DNA from: Rebecca billardiae RCC1528
Taxonomy: Eukaryota > Protista > Haptophyta
NCBI GenBank assembly: GCA_965240325.2
Contig: OZ251240.1
Coordinates: forward strand, 558,001-622,000
Direction: 5' to 3'
DNA length: 64,000 bases
Shown in pieces: positions 19,683 to 29,115 of this stretch (positions are counted from its first letter, which is position 1; the number at the start of each line of letters is the position of its first letter). Under the pieces are notes generated by a model. That model was not told where the DNA came from. It searched no databases and worked only from the letters and a program-made list of their open reading frames with translations. A program made the position numbers and the translations under genes.

Positions 19683-22600
19683 CTATTCGTCAAACTCCGA
19701 ATCGCCGGCGGGCGGCGACGCGGGCTGGCCCTCGCGGCTGGGCTGCAGCTCGGGTGCGGTGCCCGTCGTGGCCGAGCCTGAGCCCTCGGACAGCTGCCTC
19801 GCGCGCTCTGCGGGCTCGAGCGAGGCGCTGCGCAGTCTGATCGCCTCGTTGGCGAGCATCGCCTTCTGCGCGGGCGTGAGCAAGCTGCTCGACGCGGCGC
19901 TCGGGGCGGGGGCCGCGTTGGGGGCAGCGTTGGTCGCGCGCTGCCTGCCGAGTGCGCGCTGCTCCTGCCCGTCCGCGGACGGCTGCGGCTCGTCCGCGCC
20001 GTCCGCGCCGGCCGCGCGGCGCGGCATCGAGATCGAGCCCGGCGCGTGTTGCGCGCCGCGCGGCTGGTAGTTGTACGAGCCCGAGATGTTGACGCTCGCC
20101 ATGCGCTGCCGCACGAGCGAGCCGCACGAGGGCGGCGCGCCGCCGCAGGGCGGCGTGGGTGCGGCCGCGCTCGGCAGCGAGTCCCTGTGTGCGACAATGG
20201 TCACGTGGCTCTGAGCGATCGTCGTGGTGAGCTGCGTCTCGTCCCAGTAGATGTCGGGCAGCTCGGCGCGCGAGAGCGGCTCGGCGGCCGCGCGGCCCGC
20301 GTCCGCCTGCCGCGCGCCCTCGGCTTCGGCCGCCGAGCCCGCCGCCTCCGCCGCGGGCCTGTACCCGGCCTCCTGCCACGCGTTGAGGAAGTGCAGCGTG
20401 TGCTCGATGTGCTCGAGCTTCTCCTCGAGGGCGGGCACCGACTCGATCACCGCCTCGAAGAGCGGCTGCACGATGAACTGCGTGAAGCCTGCGGCGGCGC
20501 CGGCGCGCGGGCGGAGGGGCGGGGACGCAGCGCGCCGCGCGGCGCAGCCAGTGCTGAGCGCAAAGGGCGGGCGCGCGCGCCCGATGGCTGCTGCTGCTGC
20601 TGCTGCCGCCGCTGCGCGCGCGCGCCGCCCGCACCGAGCTGTGCCTTGGCGGGCGCGGCCACCTTCCGGTTCATGAACGGCGCGACGGGCAGCCCCTTGG
20701 CCACCTCCTCATCCCCCTGCTCGAAGAACTCCTGCGGGCACGAAAGGCGGGACACGCAAGCGCCGGCACGACCGCGGCGGGGCGCGCGCGCGCGCGGTGA
20801 GGGCGAGGCGGCGTGCGCGCTGTGTGCGACTGTGCGTGTGTGCGCTCCGCGGCGGCGGCGCCGCCTCCCCGCGCCCCGCGCCCGCCCCGCGCGCACACCT
20901 GGAAGAGGCGCGGCAGCCACTCCCTGTACGCGCCCCACGTCTTGGTCGGGTTCGCCACGTCGGCGAGGTGCACGAGCGTGGAGAGGTGGAGATTGCGATC
21001 TGAGGCGCGCGAGAGGTCGAGCCCCTTCGCCTGCTGCGCCGTGTACTTGCCCAGGTTCTCAAAGTGCGCGGCGATGTCGGTGCCGATGATGATGTCGATC
21101 ACGATGTCGCGCATCACCTTCGCCTCCTCCAGCGAGAGCCTGCCGAACACGTGCGCGTCGAACTCGGGCTTGGAGAGCAGCCGCACGGTCGTGGACGCGT
21201 GCATGTTCTCGAGCACGCACTTGTCGTTGTACAGCAGTGCGAGCTGCGAGCGCGTGTTGGCGAGGAAGGTGTTGTTCCGCCCGGGGTGGCCGATGTCGTG
21301 GCACAGCGTGCCGATCAGCACGGCGAAGATGTGCGCCGTCTCGAGCTCCGCGTCCACGCCCCCCGCCTTGAGCAGCCAGTACATCGAGTGCAGCGCGTCG
21401 AGCGCGTGCAGCAGCCCGTGGTACGGCACGTCGTGGTAGCCGCGCTCGACCGTGTCGAGCAGCTGCGCAAACACGGCGTCGGGCATGGCGAAGCGCTGCA
21501 GGCAGCCGTACGACTCGACCGCGACGAGCATCATCCAGCGCATCAGCCGGCTGCCGTACCGCGCGTGCATCTCGTGCAGCCCGCTCGCCGCGGCGCTCGC
21601 GCGCGCGTCCGCGCCCTTTGCCCAGCCGATGTCGAACTCCCAGGTGAGCATGCGCGCCCGCACCTCCTCGAGCTCGCGCACCTCGGAGGAGGGGACGCCG
21701 AGGCCGAGCCGCGCGCCGAGCAGCTCGGCGAGCTGCTCGCGCGAGCACTCGAGCAGCTCGGGCAGCTCCACCGCCGCCGGCGCGCCCCCCGGTGGCACGT
21801 CGTCCTCGGCCGCCGTCGCCAGCAGCCGGAACGTGGAGCCCCTGTGCACGCGCGCGCTCGCGCTGCCGCCGCCGCTCGCCGAGCCCGCGCCCTCGGCGTG
21901 CGCGCCGGGCGCGGCGCCCTCCTTCTGCGCGACGCCGATCGTCGTGTCCATCTTGGCCACCTCGTAGAAGAGCCACGAGCGCGTGTCGTCGTCGATCTGC
22001 GCCCCCTGCAGCTGCGACTGCAGGTTGGGCGTCCACAGCGACGTCGCAGAGTCGGCCAGCGCCGCGCGCACCTCGTCAATCACCGAGAGCTCCTCGGCGC
22101 TCAGCATGAAGTTCTCGGCGATCGAGGCGAGCAGCGCCTGCACCTTGGCGATCGGCGAGTCGAGGTCCACGTACACCGCGTCCTCCGCGTCCTCCTCCGC
22201 CACCTCGCCCTCCATGATCACGGGCGGCGCGCCGTCCACCGAGAGGCTGCCCGCGCCGCAGCGGTCGCGCCGATCGCACGAGAGACTCACCACGCCGCCG
22301 CGCTCACGGCGCGCGGAGCCCGAGCCGCTGCCGCCGGCGGCGGCGGCGCCGCCGCCGTTCGCGTCGGCCGCGTCGCCGATCGGCGTGACGGCCGCGCTGC
22401 CGCCGCCGCCGCCGCCGCCGCTGCCGAGCCCCTTCCAGGGCGCGGCGCTGCTGCCCTTGGGCCGCTTGCCGTCGTGCGGCGAGCGCGACGGCGAGGACGG
22501 CCCGGACGACGCCATGCTCCAGCGCGCCACGTTGGACGCGCGGCGCGACGAGCTCGGCGCGGGCGAGACGCCGCCGCCCGCCGAGGACACCGAGCGCGAG

Positions 22601-23988
22601 CCGCGAGACGCGCGCGCGATCGCGATGGACGAGACGCGCTTGGGTCCGGACGACTGCACCGACTGCACCGACTGCGCGGACGGCACGGACGGCAGCTCCT
22701 GCGACGAGCGCGAGCGCGCGGAGCCGGCGCCGTCCTCCTCGAGCCCGCCCAGGTGCGCGTCCATCAGCTGCAGCAGCAGGAACGCCGTGCGCGCCTCGCG
22801 CTCGCGCGCGCGCGCGCCCACCGCGCACAGCGCCACGGCGAGCAGCATGAGCACAGGAGAGCCGAGCAGACCCGCCCAGCCGCCCGCTGCGAGGGCGCGC
22901 GCGCCGCTCGCGCCCACGGCGGCGGCGTAGAGCGCGGCGAGCAGCGCGGCGGTGAGCGTGGCGTAGCTCGCGTTCGCGCGCAGCAGCAGCACGGTCGCCG
23001 CGCACAGCAGCACGAGCGCCGGCAGCACCGCGCCGAGCAGCGCGCCGCGCAGCAGCGCGTGCGCTACCAGCAGCGCGCCCGCCCACGCGACGCCCGCGCA
23101 CGCGCCCAGCTGGAACGGGAACTGCGGCGACTCGTGCGGCGGGAGCACGTGCTGCCCCGCCTCGCCGCGCGGGCCGCCCGTCAGCCGCATCGGCGGCAGC
23201 GCGCGCAGCAGCGGCAGCAGCGCGGCGCAGCCCAGCGCGCCGAGCGCGTCGAGCGCGACCGCAACGCTCAGATCGGGCTCGGCAAAGCAGGCGCGCCCCG
23301 GCTGGCAGCCGTCGGCGACGCCCCACGCGAGCAGCGCGAGGAAGAGCGCCGCGCACGCCGCGAGCGTCGCGCGCGCCGCGCCGCCCGCCTCCGCCTTGTG
23401 CCGCGCCGCGAACGGCTCCTCGAGGTGGCGCATCTGCTCGAACTGCATCACGCCGAGCGCGGAGCGCTGCCCGATCACGGCCGGCCGCTCGGCCGAGGCG
23501 GAGAGGAGCGCGCCGACGAGCCCCTTGAGCTCCGACACGCGCGGCCCGCTCTCGGAGAGCGGGTCGTCGAACGAGCGCCGCCGGTGCGCGCCGCCGCCCG
23601 CGCCGGGCGCGATCGACGCCCGCGACGCGCCCTTGAAGCGCACGATGCGCATGATGCGCGCGCGCGCGCTCGGCCGGCCCGCGCCGCCCGAGCCGGCGCT
23701 CGCGCGGCCGGCGCCGCCCGGAGCAGCGCCGCCCGGCGTGGTGCCGCTCGGGTCGGCGCGCTTGCGCATGCTCCCGCCCTCGCCGCTGAACACCGACAGG
23801 CTCGACCCGGACTTTGCGCGCAGCACGGGCCTGGAACCGCCCGCCGGCGCGTGGCCAGGCGACGTGTGCGCGCCGCTCGCCTTGGCGCCCTCGGGCTCGG
23901 GCTCGGTGTTGGGGGCGTCGGCGGCGTCGGTCGCGTGCGTGCGCCCCTCCGCCGGCGCCGTGCGCGCCTCGGGCCCCGCGTCGCTCAT
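19683..23988 (-). CDS. Membrane-anchored class I cyclic nucleotide phosphodiesterase; introns 20732-20898 and 20489-20634
   Basis: PYHGLLHALD, HDIGHPGRNN, VLENMH, GTD, ADVANP. After splicing: EFFEQGD..PFMNR..AQLGFTQFIVQPLF (invariant Gln). About six hydrophobic segments lie in the N-terminal half. Confidence 0.93.
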
Positions 23989-24206
23989 CGCGCCCGCGCC
24001 AGCGCCCGCGGCGTTGGGCAAGCACTCCCAGCAAGAGGCTCCAATGAAGTGCAGACAACGTTCCCCAACAGACCAGGAGGCCTGAGATTGCGATCTCAGG
24101 GCCCTTCTTATATCTACGATAATCATACGCTAGTACTAGTACTCGCGGGTATTTGTCAATACTGTACTACCTACCGTGAGCCGCTCGTGCTCAAAAAGAC
24201 TCTGAG

Positions 24207-25334
24207 CAAGGGCGGTAAGGGCTGTCAACTCCCAGTGGCGGCAGCGCCAGAGGTTGGCTCCCGCTTCGCTGCTGCGCGGCCTCGCTCCAGCGACTAACTC
24301 TCGTGGGCGCCCGCCCCGGGGGGCGAGTGGGGCGCGCACGGCGCGAGCTCCTGCGGCCGTGTACGCGCGCGCGGAGGCGGCGCGCGCGGCTGGGCAGGTG
24401 CTAGGGAGTGCATGTCGCCCTCCCACGCCGCGCGCCTTGCTCGCCGCCGCTTTCGCCGCGCCTCAGGCCAGCGCGCACGCGTGCGCCGCCTCCAGAGCCA
24501 GCCTCGGGCCCGCGGCAGCCGGCCGCGCGCGTGTGGTGCGCGGTCTGGTCGGCGCGAGTCGGTCGGGGCCATCGGGCGAGGTTCGCATACTATAGACGCG
24601 CGCTCTGCCGCCGCGCGCCGCCGCGCATGGGCCCGGTACCATCCCGTGAAGCTGTTGAAGGAAGCTGATCGATGAATGCACGACAAGCAGAAATGAGCTC
24701 GAACACGCGACAGTGAGCGCCCATGCGCGTGATAGGCGGCCGCATTGGGTGCGTGTACGGCGTCCACTGAGTGCATTCCCCCGCTCTCCATCGCCTGCGC
24801 TCGTCTGTCGTGCTCTTCAGCGTCTCCATGAGCGTCCAAACATGAGCATTTTCGCATTCGTGCTGCAGTTCGTGTCAGACCTAAGATGCTTGCGTGTCGA
24901 CCCATGACAACCGTGCGCGGCGGCGCGCGGCGGCAGAGCGCGCGTCTATAGTATGCGAACCTCGCCCGATGGCCCCGACCGACTCGCGCCGACCAGACCG
25001 CGCACCACACGCGCGCGGCCGGCTGCCGCGGGCCCGAGGCTGGCTCTGGAGGCGGCGCACGCGTGCGCGCTGGCCTGAGGCGCGGCGAAAGCGGCGGCGA
25101 GCAAGGCGCGCGGCGTGGGAGGGCGACATGCACTCCCTAGCACCTGCCCAGCCGCGCGCGCCGCCTCCGCGCGCGCGTACACGGCCGCAGGAGCTCGCGC
25201 CGTGCGCGCCCCACTCGCCCCCCGGGGCGGGCGCCCACGAGAGTTAGTCGCTGGAGCGAGGCCGCGCAGCAGCGAAGCGGGAACCAACCTCTGGCGCTGC
25301 CGCCACTGGGAGTTGACAGCCCTTACCGCCCTTG
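24207..25334. mobile_element. Foldback non-autonomous DNA transposon, probably P superfamily (Galileo-like)
   Basis: 424-bp near-perfect TIRs (24207-24630 / 24911-25334) starting CAAGG. Flanked by the direct repeat CTCTGAG at 24200-24206 and 25335-25341 (7-bp palindromic-type TSD). Confidence 0.85.
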
Positions 25335-25516
25335 CTCTGAGGATACCCCCATATATGGGGTAATGAGAAGCGCACCGCGCCCGCCCCAGTGCCGCCCCGG
25401 CCCCGGCCGGCCCCTTGTTGCGCCAGGCGCCAGCCAGTTGATGATCCAAAAAACCCATCAAATCGCTCGAGAAGCCCCTCCACGCTGGTCACACGGACGG
25501 GCTGATTTGAATCGCG

Positions 25517-27442
25517 ATGGCGGACATCAATCTCGCGCAAGAGCAGCACGAGCACAGCCTGCTCGCGCTCGGACGCGCTCGGGAGCAGCTCCACGCCACC
25601 TCGTCTCGGCAGGCTGACCTCGAGACGCAGCTCCGCGCCGTCTCCGAGCGCGCCGCCGCGCGCGAGAAGAACCTCGCGCAGCTCTCCGAGGCGATCCGGC
25701 AGGCGGCGCGCGAGATGGACGAGATGCGCGCGCGGTTGCACCGCGCGCACACGGAGCGCGCCGAGGCGGTGGCGCGCGCGGAGGTGCTCGAGCGTGAGCT
25801 CGCGCGCGCGCGCGACGAGCTCGGCCGCTCGCGCGCCGAGACCGACGCCGCGCGCTCCGAGCTCGGCGTCGCGCTGCGCTCGGCACAGACGGAGCGCGAG
25901 CTGCGCTTCGCCGCGCGGCACGCCGAGGCGGAGGAGGAGGCGGCGTACGCGCGCGAGCGGGAGGAGTACGACGCGCAGAGCGCCAGCTCGCGCCGCACGC
26001 CGGCGTACATGCCGCTCGATCGCCGCTCACGGCCCGGCACGCCGCCGCGCGCGGGCAGCGCGGGCCGCGCGCGCGCGCCGCGCTCGCCCGCGCTCGCCTC
26101 GCAAGCGGCCAGCGGCGCCGCGCTGCGGAGCGCGCGAGAGCTCGAGGCGGCGAAGCGGTACACCGAGCACCGGCTGAAGAGCGTCCTGCTCAAGGTGGAG
26201 GAGCTCGAGCTCGGCCGCGCCAAGGCGGCCAAGCGCGCTCGGGAGATGGAGGCGCGCGCGGGCGCGGCGGAAGGCGCGCTGGAGCGACTGGCGGCGCAGG
26301 CGCGCGCGGCGGAGGACGGACGTGCGCGCGCCGAGCACGCGCTGGGCGAGGCGCGCGCGCGGGCGAGCGCGGCGGAGAGCGCGCTCGCGGCCTCGGGGCG
26401 CATCGCGCACCCCGCACGCGCCGCCGCCGCGGGCGCGCACCCAGCATACTCGCCGCCGCCCGCTGCAGCGGCCGCGCCGTCGCCGCAGCCGCAGCCGCAG
26501 CCGCAGCGTGCGCACTCGCCACCGCCACGCGGTGCCGAGGCGCCGCTCGATCCGGACGCTCGCGAGGCGCCCCCGGACTCGTGGGCTCGGCGGGTCGACG
26601 CGGCGGAGGCGGAGCTGCGCGCGCTCCGCCTCGAGGCCGCCGCGGTGGCGGAGGCCCGCGGCGGCGGCGCCGGCAGCGCGCGCAGCGGCGTGCGCGCAGC
26701 GGCGAGCTGCGCGCGCGAGCACGCCAGCGCCGGCGGCGCGGGCTGGGCGGGTGGCAGCCACGGCAGCGCGGAGGACGGTGCGGGCGTGCCGCGCGAACCG
26801 CCGCTCGAGCGCGCGCAGCGCGAGGCGGACGGCTGGGAGCAGCGCGCCGCGGCTGTCGAGGCGAACGCGCGCGAGCTCGTCGACCGAGCGCGCGCAGCGA
26901 GCGCTCGGCTCGCGGACGGCGGCGCGGGCGGGCTCGCGGGAGCCGGCGGTGGCGGCGCGGCGCGTGGCGAGTGGCGCGGTGCGAGTGGGGGCGCCGCGGC
27001 CGTCGAGGCCGACGCGCGCGACCTCGCCGAGCGAGTGCGCGCGGCGAGCGCTCGGCTCGCGGACGGCGGCGCGGGCGGGCTCGCGCCGGCCGGCGGTGGC
27101 GGCGCGGCGCGTCAAGGGGACGCCGCGGCGGAGAGGAGCGGCGCGCACGCCGAGCTGGACACTGCGGCTGGGATGCGCGAGCTCGTCAACTCGCTCGAGG
27201 CCGGCTCGCCCGAGCGGTGGGGCGTGCCTGCGCCCCAGCCGCCGCACGCGCTGAGCGCCGCGGCCGCGGGCGCGCGGCTGCGCTCGCCCGAGGCGGAGCC
27301 GTCGCCGTGGCGGCGGGACATGTACCGCGTGCTGCACGACGCGGAGCGGCGGTGCGACGAGCTGCTCCAGATCGAGCGCAGCGCCGTCAGCCATCTCGCC
27401 CGGGCGCGCGTCGCGGCGAGCGAGCCGGCCGTGTGGGGATAG
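25517..27442 (+). CDS. Hypothetical coiled-coil protein (641 aa) with an internal duplication of about 120 bp
   Basis: Long E/R/A/L heptad-rich ORF with high GC3. AAAVEA(N/D)AR(E/D)L..RAASARLADGGAGGLA occurs twice (about 26846-26965 and 26993-27112). Confidence 0.75.
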   Translation: MADINLAQEQHEHSLLALGRAREQLHATSSRQADLETQLRAVSERAAAREKNLAQLSEAIRQAAREMDEMRARLHRAHTERAEAVARAEVLERELARARDELGRSRAETDAARSELGVALRSAQTERELRFAARHAEAEEEAAYAREREEYDAQSASSRRTPAYMPLDRRSRPGTPPRAGSAGRARAPRSPALASQAASGAALRSARELEAAKRYTEHRLKSVLLKVEELELGRAKAAKRAREMEARAGAAEGALERLAAQARAAEDGRARAEHALGEARARASAAESALAASGRIAHPARAAAAGAHPAYSPPPAAAAAPSPQPQPQPQRAHSPPPRGAEAPLDPDAREAPPDSWARRVDAAEAELRALRLEAAAVAEARGGGAGSARSGVRAAASCAREHASAGGAGWAGGSHGSAEDGAGVPREPPLERAQREADGWEQRAAAVEANARELVDRARAASARLADGGAGGLAGAGGGGAARGEWRGASGGAAAVEADARDLAERVRAASARLADGGAGGLAPAGGGGAARQGDAAAERSGAHAELDTAAGMRELVNSLEAGSPERWGVPAPQPPHALSAAAAGARLRSPEAEPSPWRRDMYRVLHDAERRCDELLQIERSAVSHLARARVAASEPAVWG

Positions 27443-27704
27443 ACTCGGTCACAGAGGCCGGCGGCACGGGCTTGGTCGGGCTGACCGCTGCTCGCGCTGA
27501 CTACTGGCGAAGGCTCGACGCCATACGTCACAGCGGCGCAGGCTTCACATGACGTCGACTGAGTCTGACTAGTGACTCAGATTTTGACGATCAGCAGTCG
27601 ATGATCGTCGTCGTAGTGATGCATGCGGTCAGTCAGAACCTGATGTCGTCGCTACGACCATCATCGACGCGACGTGATTCGACATTTCAACATCATCAGG
27701 AGCA

Positions 27705-29030
27705 TCACTGATACGGCCAGACCCACCTCGGCCTGGCCATCACCACAGGTATGATTCCAGTTTGCTGTGGTAGTTGCTGATGAAGTCGTTGTGCGGCGTC
27801 AGCTCCCGCCACTGTTGATGATGATGGCGGCGGTAGGCGTGCTGGCGCATCAGCGGTAGCGTTGATGCTTGCTGGTGGTAGTCCCTGGGCGTGGCTGCCG
27901 GAGGCAGCCACGACTGCACCATGTGCGTTGTCACGCTGATGGCGCTCGTCCAGGGCGCAGGCACCACCATTGAGCACCCCGTCATCAATCGAATGGATCG
28001 TGCCATCTGGCGAGCGCCAGCGGACGATGCTGACTGCGACCAGCGGCGGCGGTGGCAACAGCAGCCACGCATCGTCCGAAACAGCGGCAGTGCAGCTGGT
28101 GTGCTTGCGCCGGCGCTTTGTGGCGCGCGTGCCCTGGTCGCCGGTGCCATGCTCCAGCATGCGCTTGAAGTTGGAGACCATGCCTGCCAGCTTGTGCGTG
28201 GCGCACCGGCTGGCGCGCGCGTCGCCTGGCATGCCGAATGAAGGCACCGTGGTGCAGCCGGTGTGATCACACTTGGGGTTCTTCAGGTCGACCATGCCGG
28301 CCAGCTTGTGCGTAGCGCACCGGCTGGCGCGCGCGTCGCCCGGCATGCCGAAGTTAGACTGCTTGGTGCAGCCGGTGTGATCACACTTGCGGGTCACCAC
28401 GTCGACCATGCCGGCCAGCTTGTGCGCAGCGCACCGGCTGGCGCGCGCGTCGCCCGGCATGCCGAAGTAAGGCCGCGTGGTGCAGCCGGTGTGATCACAC
28501 GTGGGGTTCTTCAGGTCGACCATGCCGGTCAGCTTGTGCGCAGCGCACCGGCTGGCGCGCGCGTCGCCCGGCATGCCGAACGAAGGCTGCTTGGTGCAGC
28601 CCGTGTGATCGCACTTGAGGCTCCTCACGTTGACCATGCCTGCCAGCTTGTGCGCGGCGCACCGGCTGGCGCGCGCGTCGCCCGGCATGCCGAACGAAGG
28701 CTCCTTGCTGCAGTCCACGTGATCACACTTGCGGGTCACCACGTTGACCATGCCGGCCAGCTTGTGCGCAGCGCACCGGCTGGCGCGCGCGTCGCCCGGC
28801 ATGCCGAAGTAAGGCCGCGTGGTGCAGCCGGTGTGATCACACTTGGGGTTCTTCAGGTCGACCATGCCGGCCAGCTTGTGCGCAGCGCACCGGCTGGCGC
28901 GCGCGTCGCCCGGCATGCCGAAGTAAGGCTGCGTGGTGCAACCAGCGTGATCACACTTGAGGCTCCTCACGTTGACCATGCCGGCCAGCTTGTGCGCAGC
29001 GCACCGGCTGGCGCGCGCGTCGCCCGGCGT
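27705..29030 (-). CDS. EsV-1-7 cysteine-rich repeat protein (7 full + 1 partial 38-aa repeats) with an NLS-like motif; first in-array ATG at 28979
   Basis: Tandem 114-bp units encode CDHxGCxxxPxFGMPGDARASRCAAHKLAGMVxxxxxK, the C-x4-C..C-x2-H pattern of EsV-1-7 repeats. ATKRRRK follows the array. Confidence 0.85.
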   Translation of the reverse strand, partial: TPGDARASRCAAHKLAGMVNVRSLKCDHAGCTTQPYFGMPGDARASRCAAHKLAGMVDLKNPKCDHTGCTTRPYFGMPGDARASRCAAHKLAGMVNVVTRKCDHVDCSKEPSFGMPGDARASRCAAHKLAGMVNVRSLKCDHTGCTKQPSFGMPGDARASRCAAHKLTGMVDLKNPTCDHTGCTTRPYFGMPGDARASRCAAHKLAGMVDVVTRKCDHTGCTKQSNFGMPGDARASRCATHKLAGMVDLKNPKCDHTGCTTVPSFGMPGDARASRCATHKLAGMVSNFKRMLEHGTGDQGTRATKRRRKHTSCTAAVSDDAWLLLPPPPLVAVSIVRWRSPDGTIHSIDDGVLNGGACALDERHQRDNAHGAVVAASGSHAQGLPPASINATADAPARLPPPSSSTVAGADAAQRLHQQLPQQTGIIPVVMARPRWVWPYQ

Positions 29031-29115
29031 TGATTGACGATGACCTACAACACCACCGGGCCAATGGGGGCAAGGGGCGAAAGCTTTACTCTGCCGCCTC
29101 AGCAGACTGCAGCCG

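Noticed and set aside
28170-29030. Constant/variable periodicity reminiscent of a CRISPR array
   Set aside because: The units are 114-bp in-frame coding repeats with related variable parts, the context is eukaryotic, and there are no cas genes.
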